This document shows, piece after piece, positions 20,300 through 29,840 of a stretch of DNA of 64,000 nt. Source of the stretch: an uncultured delta proteobacterium (lineage in GTDB: Bacteria > Desulfobacterota > Binatia > UBA9968); NCBI GenBank assembly GCA_963760795.1, contig CAVXEP010000031.1, positions 32,001 to 96,000 on the forward strand. The letters run 5' to 3'. The first letter of the stretch is position 1; the number at the start of each line of letters is the position of its first letter. The notes below the pieces were generated by a model, which saw only the letters and a list, made by a program, of their open reading frames with translations, made no database searches and was not told the origin of the DNA. The translations under genes were made by a program, and so were the position numbers.

Positions 20300-21271
20300 A
20301 TGGCAAAACTGAAATTGACCCTGGCTTGTGGCGACTACGATTTTCTCCGTCCGCTCATCAACGGCGAGATTCAGCCACAGGGGATCGAGCTGAATGTGCT
20401 GACCATGGCTTCGCCGGAGCGCCATGGCCGCATGTTGAAACATGAAGAGTTCGATGTCTGTGAGCTATCGTTGGTGGGCTATCTGGTGTCCCGCGACAAG
20501 GGTTGCGGCTACAACGCCATCCCAGTGTTCCCACACCGCCGCTTCCGCCATCAGTACATGGTCAAGCGCACCGGTTGCGGCATCGAGAAACCATCTGACC
20601 TAAACGGTAAAAGAATTGCGCTCGATACTTTGCAAAATTCCGCCGGACTGTGGATGCGCGGTATCTTGCAGGATCATTACAACGTCGATTTGAAGACCAT
20701 CGAGTGGTGGTGCCAGGAGGCGGAAGACATTCCGTTCGAACCGGCCGCCTGGATGAACGTCAAGCGCGTGCCCCAAGGCAAAAACATCGACCAGATGCTT
20801 ATCGACGGCGAGCTCGAAGCGTCGCTCTATCCCGAAACCCTGCCGTCGATGCGCGCCGGCAATGCGAAAGTTGCGCTGCTTTTCCCCGACCCGAAGAAAG
20901 CCGAGATCGAGTATTATCAAAACGGCGGCCACTTCCCGATCATGCACACGGTGGTGGTGAAGAATCATATTCTCCAAAAACATCCCTGGGTCGGCATCAG
21001 CCTGGTGCAAGCCTTCGAGCGCGCCAAGCAGATCTGCTACAGCCGCAACAGCGACCCGCGCAGTTTCGCCCTGGTCTGGGTGCAAGATCTCATGCGCGAG
21101 CAAAAGGAGATCTTCGGCGCCGACCCCTGGCCGTACAATCTGGACGACAACCGCAAGGCGTTGGAAGCGGTGATCCGCTACGAGTTCGAGCAGGGTATGA
21201 TTAAGAAGAATGCGCAGGTCGAGGAATTGTTTTTTGCGCCGAGTTTGGAGCGGATCCAGCATTACGTGTGA
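20300..21271 (+). CDS. 4,5-dihydroxyphthalate decarboxylase-like protein (periplasmic-binding-protein fold, no signal peptide)
   Basis: LTLACGDYD, EFDVCELS, PVFPHRRFRH, FPIMHTVV, DPWPY motifs. Confidence 0.75.
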   Translation: MAKLKLTLACGDYDFLRPLINGEIQPQGIELNVLTMASPERHGRMLKHEEFDVCELSLVGYLVSRDKGCGYNAIPVFPHRRFRHQYMVKRTGCGIEKPSDLNGKRIALDTLQNSAGLWMRGILQDHYNVDLKTIEWWCQEAEDIPFEPAAWMNVKRVPQGKNIDQMLIDGELEASLYPETLPSMRAGNAKVALLFPDPKKAEIEYYQNGGHFPIMHTVVVKNHILQKHPWVGISLVQAFERAKQICYSRNSDPRSFALVWVQDLMREQKEIFGADPWPYNLDDNRKALEAVIRYEFEQGMIKKNAQVEELFFAPSLERIQHYV

Positions 21272-21295
21272 CCGCTTCGCGGTTTTTTTCGGGAG

Positions 21296-21334
21296 GTTCA
21301 AAACGTTCCAATCGTTCAAGCCGTTCCAAACGTT
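21296..21334. repeat. 9-bp-period GTTC(A/C)A repeat
   Basis: gttcaaaac gttccaatc gttcaagcc gttccaaac. Confidence 0.75.
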
Positions 21335-21511
21335 TTCGGACTTTCCTAGTCAGACGCACAGTCGCTGCGTGTCGGTCTTAGCTCTTGCCAGATCCTTGTT
21401 AGTTGTTGGGCGGCGTGCTAGAAATCCGTCAAATTGAATATTTGGCCGCTCGCGGGCCGAGCAACGCGACGATCTGTTTTGACAATTTAAAACAATAAGG
21501 GGAGTTTGATT

Positions 21512-22018
21512 ATGGCGATTAAAGTCGGCGATCATTTACCGGGTGGGACGCTTAATGAATTCATCGAAGTTGAGCGCGAGGGTTGCAGCATCGGCCCTAA
21601 CACCTTCAAGGTGGAGGATTTGGCCAAAGGAAAGAAGATCGTTATTTTCGGCTTACCCGGCGCTTTCACACCGACTTGTTCCGCCAAGCATGTGCCCAGT
21701 TATGTCGCCAATTTCGCTGCCTTGAAGGCCAAGGGCGTGGACGAGATCTGGTGCTTGTCGGTCAACGACGCCTTCGTCATGGGAGCATGGGGCAGAGATC
21801 AGCAGACCGCCGGCAAGGTCCGGATGATGGCCGATGGCAGCGCCGAATACGTCAAAAAACTCGGCCTCGAAAATGACATGACGGCGCGTGGCATGGGCGT
21901 TCGCTCCCAGCGTTTTTCCTTGCTGGCGGATGACGGCGTAGTGAAGTCGCTGAATATCGAGGGCCCCGGCAAATTCGAGGTCAGCGACGCCGGCACAATG
22001 TTAAAAGTTTTGGCTTAA
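21512..22018 (+). CDS. peroxiredoxin, Prx5 subfamily
   Basis: PGAFTPTCS..H, SVNDAFVM..W. Confidence 0.93.
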   Translation: MAIKVGDHLPGGTLNEFIEVEREGCSIGPNTFKVEDLAKGKKIVIFGLPGAFTPTCSAKHVPSYVANFAALKAKGVDEIWCLSVNDAFVMGAWGRDQQTAGKVRMMADGSAEYVKKLGLENDMTARGMGVRSQRFSLLADDGVVKSLNIEGPGKFEVSDAGTMLKVLA

Positions 22019-22143
22019 GCGCGCACCTAACGCTCGACCGCGGAGCGGCCCATCCGTTTCAGGAGTTCGACATCAGTACTCGATCATTTCTCGGTAGATC
22101 AAAACGTTCAAAATGTTTTCGGATGTGCGAGGTTTTGGCTTCC

Positions 22144-22227
22144 GTCATACCGGCGCTGGCTAGTATCGAGTATTTTCCGCGGCCAGAATTGAGCGCAAGC
22201 CTGGATGCCGGCCTACGCCGGCATGAC
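22144..22227. repeat. REP/RPE-like palindromic element
   Basis: gtcataccggcg...ctggatgccggcctacgccggcatgac; the 27-nt core recurs at 29328-29354. Confidence 0.75.
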
Positions 22228-22252
22228 AAGTGGTCGGTGTCTACAGTGCCCT

Positions 22253-23452
22253 TTAAGTGATCGGCCTTGCTTTTTCAACGGTGCCAATTGGCGTGGGAAA
22301 CACAAATTCCTCGTCGCTCGCATTGTCCAACCCATAGCGGACTAATTCGTTAACATCCAACTTCGCCTCGTCCGCCGTCACTTCATCCAATCTTGCCTTG
22401 GTCGCGGGATGTTTGGGGACGAACAGCTGGCAGCAGTCCTGGTCGGGGACTGACGAAATATCGAAGGTACCGATGCGGCGCGACTGGTCGACGATCTCTT
22501 GCTTATCCATGCCCACCAACGGGCGCAGGATCGGCATGGCTATCGCTTGTTGAATCACCGTCATGTTTTCTAACGTCTGCGATGCCACTTGGCCTAAGCT
22601 CTCGCCGGTGATGAGCGCTTTGGTTTTTTCTTTTCTGGCGATTTTCTCAGCGATGCGCAGCATCATGCGCCGGTACAGCACCACGCGCAGCGGACGCGCG
22701 ACCGCGGCGACGATCTGCCGTTGAATCTCGCCGAAGGGAACCATATAGAGCCGCGATTGAAACTGATGGCGCGTCAACAGCGTGACCAGGTCGCGCACTT
22801 TGTCCTGGGAAGTCCTGTCCTGGTAAGGCGCGCTGTGAAAGTGCACGAAGATCACCCGGCAGCCGCGCTGCATCATGCGGTACGCTGCCACCGGCGAGTC
22901 GAATCCGCCGGAGATCAGTGACATCAGCCTTCCGCTGGCGCCCACCGGCAGGCCGCCGGGGCCGAGCAGTTTGTTGAAACCGAAGAACGCATCCTTGGGC
23001 AAGACTTCGACGAAAACGGTGAACTCGGGGTTAGTCAGGTCGACTCGCGCGCCGGATTTCTCTTGCACCGCCGCGCCTAATTGGCGATTGATCTCCACGG
23101 AGTTTAGCGCAAAATTTTTGTCGCCACGCTGGGTGTCGATACGGAAGCTGGTGAATTGGCTGCCATTAATCCCGGTGAGGATTTGCCTGCGCAATTCGTC
23201 GATATCGCGCTCGGTGCGCCGGACTAAAGAGAAATTGGCAATACCGAACACACTGGAAATCCGTTTGATGATAATTTCGGGCGCGATTTCGTTCCTGAAG
23301 TTCAAAAGCAAGCGGGCATGGAGACTGCGGATTTCCTTGGCGCCCAAGTCTTTGACCGAGGCGAGGATGTTGCGCTTGAGCATCTCGGTGAAGTAAGCCC
23401 GGTTGCCCTTTTTGAGGGCGATTTCGTGATAGCGGATCAGAACGGAATCCAT
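22253..23452 (-). CDS. thiI: tRNA 4-thiouridine(8) synthase without rhodanese domain
   Basis: EIALKKGNR, THUMP domain, GGLPVG, SGGFDS PP-loop, TGESLGQVASQT, DCC. Confidence 0.95.
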   Translation of the reverse strand: MDSVLIRYHEIALKKGNRAYFTEMLKRNILASVKDLGAKEIRSLHARLLLNFRNEIAPEIIIKRISSVFGIANFSLVRRTERDIDELRRQILTGINGSQFTSFRIDTQRGDKNFALNSVEINRQLGAAVQEKSGARVDLTNPEFTVFVEVLPKDAFFGFNKLLGPGGLPVGASGRLMSLISGGFDSPVAAYRMMQRGCRVIFVHFHSAPYQDRTSQDKVRDLVTLLTRHQFQSRLYMVPFGEIQRQIVAAVARPLRVVLYRRMMLRIAEKIARKEKTKALITGESLGQVASQTLENMTVIQQAIAMPILRPLVGMDKQEIVDQSRRIGTFDISSVPDQDCCQLFVPKHPATKARLDEVTADEAKLDVNELVRYGLDNASDEEFVFPTPIGTVEKARPIT

Positions 23453-23537
23453 GCACGAGAACTAACAGATTCAAGCGGCTTTTGCATGCAACCGGCGCTA
23501 TGGTAGTATCCCCGACAACAATCAAGAGGAGTGAGCG

Positions 23538-23864
23538 ATGAGCAACTTCAAGAAGCTAGCCGATGCCATGAGTTTTTCAGCGGAGAAGATGAAAAAGAAT
23601 GGCGTCTTCGAGACCGAGCGATTCTTCTGCGACACCTACTGTTTCGAGCCAGGCCAAGAGCAGAAAGCGCACAGCCACACCCATGAAGACAAGATCTACT
23701 ACGTCCTCGAAGGGCGCGGATCCTTCACCGTCGGTGCTGAAGAACGAGAGTTGGGAGCAGGGGAGATCGCCTTGGCGCCCGCCGGCCAGAGCCACGGTGT
23801 CGCCAATCGCAGCCAGGCGCGCCTGGTGACCCTGGTCTTCGTGACGCCCAAACCGCACCATTAA
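23538..23864 (+). CDS. cupin domain protein
   Basis: PGQ..AHSH...EDKIYYVLEG, PAGQSHG. Confidence 0.85.
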   Translation: MSNFKKLADAMSFSAEKMKKNGVFETERFFCDTYCFEPGQEQKAHSHTHEDKIYYVLEGRGSFTVGAEERELGAGEIALAPAGQSHGVANRSQARLVTLVFVTPKPHH

Positions 23865-23890
23865 ATTCTAGCGAAACGAACCAAGAACTG

Positions 23891-24060
23891 GAAATTCGAA
23901 GCTCAAATCCGAGACTCGAAACAAATTCAAATGATGAAAACCTAAACATCTACAAATGCTCCAAACGGTAAGGATCTCATTTACTGTTTTGGATTTTCTG
24001 ATTGTGAATTTACTTTGGTTGCGGTTTGTTTCGGATTTAGATATTCGAAATTCGGATTTG
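23891..24060. repeat. long imperfect AT-rich intergenic inverted repeat
   Basis: gaaattcgaa..aaatccga..cgaaacaaa left arm and tttgtttcggattt..attcgaaattcggattt right arm. Confidence 0.65.
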
Positions 24061-24086
24061 CCTAAGTTAACCAAACACAAGAAACT

Positions 24087-24509
24087 ATGACACCTGAACA
24101 AGAAGCGGTGGCGCAAGCCAACCAGAGTTTTTATCGCGCCTTCGAAACTCTCAAGATCGAAGCCATGGAAGCAGTGTGGTCAAAAGACGCCGACATTCAA
24201 TGCGGTCATCCAGGCTGGCGCATTCTGCGCGGCTGGGGCCCGGTGATGGAGAGCTGGAAAAGGATTTTTGAAAATACCCCGGCAGTGCAGTTCACTTTGA
24301 CCGACGTGAAGATCGAAGTGCGCGGCGGGCTCGCCTGGGTGACGCTCTATGAAAACTTGAACAGTTCGATCGAAGGTCAGACTTTCTCCGCCGCCATTCT
24401 GACAATCAACATGTTTCAAAAGAGCGCGGACGGCTGGCACATGATCCTGCATCACGGCTCGTCAGTGTCGCAGCCGCCGGATCAGGACGAGAGTAATACG
24501 GTTCACTAG
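24087..24509 (+). CDS. NTF2/SnoaL-like protein
   Basis: ANQSFYRAF, HPGW..LRGW..V..SW, W.MILHHGS. Confidence 0.85.
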   Translation: MTPEQEAVAQANQSFYRAFETLKIEAMEAVWSKDADIQCGHPGWRILRGWGPVMESWKRIFENTPAVQFTLTDVKIEVRGGLAWVTLYENLNSSIEGQTFSAAILTINMFQKSADGWHMILHHGSSVSQPPDQDESNTVH

Positions 24510-24543
24510 AGTTCTCCGTCAGATTCGCCTTAGGCAATTAAAT

Positions 24544-24720
24544 ATGAAAGCTTGGGTCCGACGCACTGCGGGGATTCTCTTCATATTGGCGCTTTTGGTT
24601 GTATTCATGTTCTCGTATCCAAGTCTCTATGACCTGCTCGGCAAGGTCGCGACAATTTCATTGTGGTTCGTGCTGATCTTCGCATGCGAAATGTTTTGGA
24701 ATTATCTCATCGATGAATAG
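24544..24720 (+). CDS. small two-helix membrane protein, 58 aa, not in ORF track
   Basis: MKAWVRRTAGILFILALLVVFMFSYPSLYDLLGKVATISLWFVLIFACEMFWNYLIDE; fills the gap between two co-oriented genes. Confidence 0.55.
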   Translation: MKAWVRRTAGILFILALLVVFMFSYPSLYDLLGKVATISLWFVLIFACEMFWNYLIDE

Positions 24721-24737
24721 ATACGAGGCGAATCGAG

Positions 24738-25461
24738 TTGACATCCAAGCCTCTCGATAAAAAAGTTGCAGTTGTCACCGGTGCGGGCCGGGGCATTGGC
24801 CGCGCCATCGCCATCGCCCTGGGCAAAGCCGGCTGTACGGTCTACCTAACGGCGCGTACGGCGCCGGAACTGATTTCTGTACAGCAAGAGATCCTTGCGG
24901 CAAAAGGCCAAGCTCGAATCATCCAAGCCGACCTCACCCGCGACGATGATCTGCACTCGTTGGTTCAGGCCTGCGGCTCGGTAGATTTTCTCGTCAACAA
25001 TGCCGGCTGGGGCAAGCGCGCGTCGGTGCGTGCGCTCGCGCATCGACGACTGGGATCAAACATTCCGCGTCAATCTGCGCGCGCCGATGATCCTCGCCAA
25101 AGAGTTTTTGCCGGCGATGATCAAGAAAGGCGAGGGCGCGGTCGTCAATATCGGCTCGGTGTCGGGCAAAAGCGGCGAAGCCAATAGCGCCGCCTACTCA
25201 GCCTCGAAGTTCGGCCTGATCGGTTTTACCCAATCGCTCTTCGAAGAAGTCCGAGAGCATGGCATCAAAGTCGCGGTGATTTTGCCGGGTTTCGTCGACA
25301 CACCGATGATTCCGCCGGTGAAACATCTGGACCGCAGCAAGATGATTCAAGCCGACGACATCGCTCAAGCAGTGCTCTATGTGCTCAACGCGCCAGCGAC
25401 GGCTTGTCCCGTCGAGATTACAATTCGACCGCAGCGCACGCCTGGAGGTAACTCTAATTAG
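24738..25461 (+). CDS. SDR family oxidoreductase, one frameshift near 25030
   Basis: TGAGRGIG and NNAG in the first frame, YSASK in the second. Confidence 0.85.
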
Positions 25462-25712
25462 CCGGCGGATTGGTTAGTTAATTGAATCGAACGAAGCGTC
25501 TTACAGTTCAATCCTGAGGTCGGGACTAGGATGTCGGCTCGCCACAACTCCTGAACAATTCTTTAATCTAGAGGCGCAGATTAAACTGTTTTTTTATCAG
25601 TTATCTCTCCTGCTACCGAGCCGCTCGGACTCCCCTCAGGATTTGACAGCAAAAACCATAAACTGTAACCCTATAGGAAAGAAATTCTAAAGTTGTTTGT
25701 GGAGGAGATCCG

Positions 25713-26778
25713 ATGTCCATGATCGATGCCGATACTCATGTCGACGAGTGCGAAGAAACCTGGAAAAAGTTAGAGGGGACGCAATACGCCAAGTACATTC
25801 CGGTGACGACGACGATGCCGCCGGACGAGGCTACACGGGCCGGCTACAATCCGACCAACAGCCGCTGTTGGGTGGTCGAAGGGAGGCTGCAAAATCGGGC
25901 GATCCGCGATGATATCAACCATCCTCCCCGGGTATTTCGCGAGCTTCAGGACGTGGCGGGCCGGGTCGCGCACATGGACAAGATGGGCGTCGCCGTGCAG
26001 GTGATCTTCCCGACGTTTTTCATCCGTTACAATACCAGCAACGCCGAGGCGGAATTGGCGTTGACCACGACCTACAACCGTTGGATTGCCGAGAAATGCG
26101 CGGCGACCAATGGGCGGCTGCGCTGGGCGGCGGTGCTGCCGTTCCTTAGTCCCGACAAAGCCGTTGCCGAGGTGCGTTGGGCGAAAGAGCATGGCGCCTG
26201 CGGCATTTTCAAGCGCGGCTTCGACCTTGACCGGTATGTGACCGATCCGCACTTCTTTCCAGTTTATGAGGAGGCCAGCGCCCTCGACCTGCCGCTGTGC
26301 ATTCACACCGGCCATCCGCTCCCGGGCCATGAATGGGACCGCGGCTTTCCGATCATGTATTCCTGTTACGCCGTGGTCAGTTCCGGGGTCGCCAAGAAGT
26401 TTCCCAAACTAAGATTTGGTTTCATCGAGTCGGGAGCGTCCTGGATTCCCTATACCATCTCCCAGTTGGGCGCGGTGAAACGCCAATCGCTGCGCGGTCA
26501 AGGGGACGCGCTTGCCCAATCTTTATGAATTGGAACCCGAGATGTTCCGCGCCAACCGGTTGTTCGTCACCATCGACCCGATCGACGACATCGAGTCGAT
26601 TCTCAAGTTCGGCACGGAGGACAACCTGATGATCGGCACCGACTATAGCCACACCGACATCTCCGCCAACCTGAGCGCTTTGGACGAGGTGCGCGGCTGG
26701 GTCGACGAAGGCCGGATCAACAGCACCCAGGCGCACAAGATTCTCGAGAGCAACTCCAAGGAGTTCTACCGGCTGTAA
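25713..26778 (+). CDS. amidohydrolase_2 family metal-dependent hydrolase/decarboxylase, frameshift in a G run at 26502-26505
   Basis: DADTH, PLCIHTG, FGFIESG; the C-terminal GTDYSH lies in 26512..26778. Confidence 0.85.
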
Positions 26779-26803
26779 AGAATTCGGACTCCGAATCGGA
26801 TTG

Positions 26804-26958
26804 TTAGCCGCAAAGAACGCAAAGGGCACAAAAAAGAATTCGGAATATCTCCCGCAAAGGCGCCCAGGCCGCAAAGTTCAGAGCAGAAAGGGAAACCTAT
26901 CCTCTCGAACCTTTATCATTCTCCTCCGAACTTGGCGTCTTTGCGCCTTGGCGGGAGA
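26804..26958. repeat. 9-bp-period CGCAAAG/CTTTGCG palindromic element
   Basis: gccgcaaagaacgcaaagggcacaaa; tctcccgcaaaggcgc...ctttgcgccttggcgggaga; relatives at 3971-3990 and 45492-45576. Confidence 0.75.
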
Positions 26959-27082
26959 AAGATCGTAATCCAACGGTTCGACGTAGGCGCGGGTTTGAAT
27001 CCCACCCATACTTTTTTGTTGAACAACTTCCTAAAGAATTCCATGTTTGCGCCGATGGATGCTTAAAGGCATATCTGCGCGC

Positions 27083-27838
27083 ATGGCTAAAAACCTTCCC
27101 AACTACTACATTATTCTTCGAGTTCAGCACAACGCATCGGTGGATACGATCAAAGCGAGTTATCGCACGCTAATGGTGACGATGAAGATGCACCCGGATC
27201 TGGGCGGCGATCACGAAGTCGCGGCACAGATCAACGAAGCCTACGCGGTGCTCAAGGATGTGGCGAAACGGGCTAAATACGACCGCATGTATTTGCTGCA
27301 ACGGCTTCAGGCGGCACAGATGGCCGCACGCGAGCGGGAGCAAAGAACCGCAAACGCCGCCCGCCCGACTGCCGGATCGGCAAGACGGGAGAATCCTGCG
27401 CCGCATGACGGTGATCGGAAAGCCGGTCATTGTCCTTTCTGCGATTCCGTGCTGCCCAATCGGATCACATCGGCGAGCCGCTGTGAGCGCTGCCGAAGCC
27501 CATTATTTACGCCGCCAAAGGCGGGATCGTTCGGTCGTGAAATTTTTGGCCGGCGTGGCACACCGCGCATACCGAAGAGCCACTTCGCCACTGTCCACCC
27601 GAAGGGGCAGGCGCAAGCCATGACCGTCAAGATGCGCGACCTATCTTTGACCGGGATAAGTTTTTACTCGGAAATCGCCCTTGAGCGTGAACAGATTTTT
27701 AAGTTTCGCGATGCGTCCCTGGAAGCCCTCGCTGTGGTGGTGTCGAGCGGCAAGCGCGGCCAGTGGTATTCAGTACACGCGAGACTGCTAACGGTTTCCT
27801 TTCACCAGGTTGGTGTCTTTGTGTCGGCCAGTCGATAG
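27083..27838 (+). CDS. J-domain protein with zinc-ribbon-like segment and C-terminal PilZ-like domain
   Basis: NYY.IL..HPD.GG..INEAY..L.D...R..YD; CPFC..CERC; RGTPR...DLSLTG. Confidence 0.75.
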   Translation: MAKNLPNYYIILRVQHNASVDTIKASYRTLMVTMKMHPDLGGDHEVAAQINEAYAVLKDVAKRAKYDRMYLLQRLQAAQMAAREREQRTANAARPTAGSARRENPAPHDGDRKAGHCPFCDSVLPNRITSASRCERCRSPLFTPPKAGSFGREIFGRRGTPRIPKSHFATVHPKGQAQAMTVKMRDLSLTGISFYSEIALEREQIFKFRDASLEALAVVVSSGKRGQWYSVHARLLTVSFHQVGVFVSASR

Positions 27839-27885
27839 AGTTCAGCGCCAATAGTTCAATGAAAAATTCGCCGCGTTGATCGAGT

Positions 27886-27978
27886 GAATCTCCCCCTTTT
27901 GAAAAAGGGGCAAGGGGAATTTTCTCGAGGGTACAATCCCAAATCCCCTTAGTCCGCCTTTTTTCAAAGGGGAGATTC
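27886..27978. repeat. CCCCCTTTT-AAAGGGG palindromic REP-like element between convergent genes
   Basis: gaatctcccccttttgaaaaagggg ... ttttcaaaggggagattc nested inverted repeats. Confidence 0.7.
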
Positions 27979-28012
27979 CCAACATTTTACTAAACGTGGC
28001 TCAGAATTCTGG

Positions 28013-28690
28013 CTATGCACAAAGCTCAGCTAGTCGGGCCAGCCCCACTTCTTCGAGACTTTTCACGATCAGATTAGCCTCTCCGAGCAGTTCAGCTGCA
28101 TGGGAGTTGGTGACCGCCAGACACTTCATGCCGGCGCTACGGGCGCCTTTGATGCCTTCTTTGGAATCTTCGATGACGACGCATTCACTGGCTTGGATGG
28201 TGTCACTGTCCTGCGCATTCAACGCTGCCAGCGCTTGCAAAAAAATATCCGGTTCCGGCTTGCCCCGTTCGACGTCCTCGGCGCTGACGACGGCTTTGAA
28301 GTGATGGATTAAGTTTGCGGCAGTGAGGATGGTTTCGATCTCGTTGCGCAGGGCACCGGATGCCACGGCCAGCGGCAGACTTTGCGCCAAATCGGCGACC
28401 AGTTTCTTGACGCCAGGAAAGATCGCCACATGATTGCGGATCGCTTCCTGGTAGTAGACGGCTTTGCGCGCGATTAATTCCGCCAGCTTCTCTTGGCTCA
28501 AGGGCCGGTTGTGCTCGCGATAACCGAAGCTGAAGGCGCCACGGTCGTCGAAGCCCAGATAGCGGGCATAGTAGGCGTCATTAGTTAACTCAATGCCTTC
28601 TTCGGCAAGAACCTTTTGGAACAGTTCGAAGTGAATCGGCTCGTCGTCGACGATGATGCCATTGAAATCGAAAATGACCGCGCGCAGCAT
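28013..28690 (-). CDS. HAD family phosphatase (beta-PGM/CbbY-like)
   Basis: FDFNG, GKPEPDIF, VIEDS..G. Confidence 0.9.
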   Translation of the reverse strand: MLRAVIFDFNGIIVDDEPIHFELFQKVLAEEGIELTNDAYYARYLGFDDRGAFSFGYREHNRPLSQEKLAELIARKAVYYQEAIRNHVAIFPGVKKLVADLAQSLPLAVASGALRNEIETILTAANLIHHFKAVVSAEDVERGKPEPDIFLQALAALNAQDSDTIQASECVVIEDSKEGIKGARSAGMKCLAVTNSHAAELLGEANLIVKSLEEVGLARLAELCA

Positions 28691-28749
28691 GCCGTTAACT
28701 TACAGGATTCGTCTTTTGTTTCAACGCGATCTGCGCTAGATAGGAATCC

Positions 28750-29301
28750 ATGGCAGCAGATCATCATGAGGCGCACCACGCCGGCCATGGGCATGGCCAT
28801 ATCGAGTACCGGTTTTGTCCGAAGTGTGGCGGTGGGTTGGATAAGAAGATAGTCAAAGCGAGCGAGCCGAGACGGTTGGTTTGCCAAGCCTGTGCATTTA
28901 TTTTCTACCAGGATCCCAAAGTCGTCGCCGGCACGGTGTTCACGCTGAACGGCGGCATTGTCCTGCTCAAGCGTGGCGTCGAGCCGGCGCTGGGCAAGTG
29001 GGTGTTTCCCGGCGGTTACGTCGACCGCGGCGAGAGCGTGCAAGACGCGGCGGTGCGTGAGACCAAGGAAGAATGCTTGCTCGACGTCAAGCTCGGGCCG
29101 CTGCTTAATGTTTACTCCTATCCGCGGTCGCCCAATGTCATCGTCGTCTACACGGCGGAAGTGGTCGGCGGCACGCTGACGGCCGCCGATGAGTCGACCG
29201 ATGCCGCAATCTTTGCGCCCAAAGAAATGCCCTGGCATGAGCTCGCCTTCGACAGCACCAGGGACGCGCTTAACGACTACATTCGCGCTTATCTAAAGTA
29301 G
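28750..29301 (+). CDS. NUDIX hydrolase with N-terminal zinc ribbon
   Basis: FCPKCG..C..C, PGGYVDRGESVQDAAVRETKEE. Confidence 0.9.
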   Translation: MAADHHEAHHAGHGHGHIEYRFCPKCGGGLDKKIVKASEPRRLVCQACAFIFYQDPKVVAGTVFTLNGGIVLLKRGVEPALGKWVFPGGYVDRGESVQDAAVRETKEECLLDVKLGPLLNVYSYPRSPNVIVVYTAEVVGGTLTAADESTDAAIFAPKEMPWHELAFDSTRDALNDYIRAYLK

Positions 29302-29327
29302 CGGATCGTTTGAAAGTTTCTGAGGCT

Positions 29328-29354
29328 CTGGATGCCGGCCTGCGCCGGCATGAC
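29328..29354. repeat. REP/RPE-like palindrome, second copy
   Basis: ctggatgccggcctgcgccggcatgac, 26/27 identical to 22201-22227. Confidence 0.75.
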
Positions 29355-29404
29355 GGATTTGGGTTGATACATCACTGACATTTGGGTCAGTGGATTTGCT
29401 CGCC

Positions 29405-29446
29405 AAACAACAAAAGGCCCGCGAGCTTGAATCAAGCTGCGGGCCT
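29405..29446 (-). terminator. intrinsic terminator of the Rieske gene
   Basis: aggcccgc.agcttga-a-tcaagct.gcgggcct hairpin with a U-rich tail on the minus strand. Confidence 0.65.
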
Positions 29447-29468
29447 CACTGCTTTATTGCGGATCAGG

Positions 29469-29777
29469 CTAACCTAAATCGACCAGTACGTCATCGCCTT
29501 CGACTTGGACGTCATACTTTTCCGTGGGCAGGGCCGGTATCAATTCGTTTTCGCCGGTGGTGACGTTGTAGCGCCAGCCATGCCAGGGACAGATCACGGT
29601 GGTACCATCCAGCTCACCTTCGGCGAGCGGGCCGCCGCGGTGGCCGCAGACATCGTTGATCGCGTAGAACTTGCCGTCGACATTGAACACACCCACGGCT
29701 TTGCCGTCGATCTCTAAGCTTTTGCCGCAACCGCCTTTGACTTCATCGGTTTTGCAGACTTTTACGAAATTGGCCAT
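29469..29777 (-). CDS. Rieske [2Fe-2S] ferredoxin
   Basis: CGH...CPWHGW. Confidence 0.93.
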   Translation of the reverse strand: MANFVKVCKTDEVKGGCGKSLEIDGKAVGVFNVDGKFYAINDVCGHRGGPLAEGELDGTTVICPWHGWRYNVTTGENELIPALPTEKYDVQVEGDDVLVDLG

Positions 29778-29840
29778 TGCCGAAGTTCCTTTCTGAGCTG
29801 GAGCAAATTTCCGCCTAATATACGGAGTTGAGACATGGAT

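Noticed and set aside
22253-23452. ThiI lacking a rhodanese domain as a novelty
   Set aside because: The short form with a C-terminal DCC motif is common outside gammaproteobacteria
25511-25642. Imperfect inverted repeat (atcctgagg...cggctcg / cgagccg...cctcaggat) as a MITE or ncRNA
   Set aside because: Single copy in the window with short interrupted arms; not enough support
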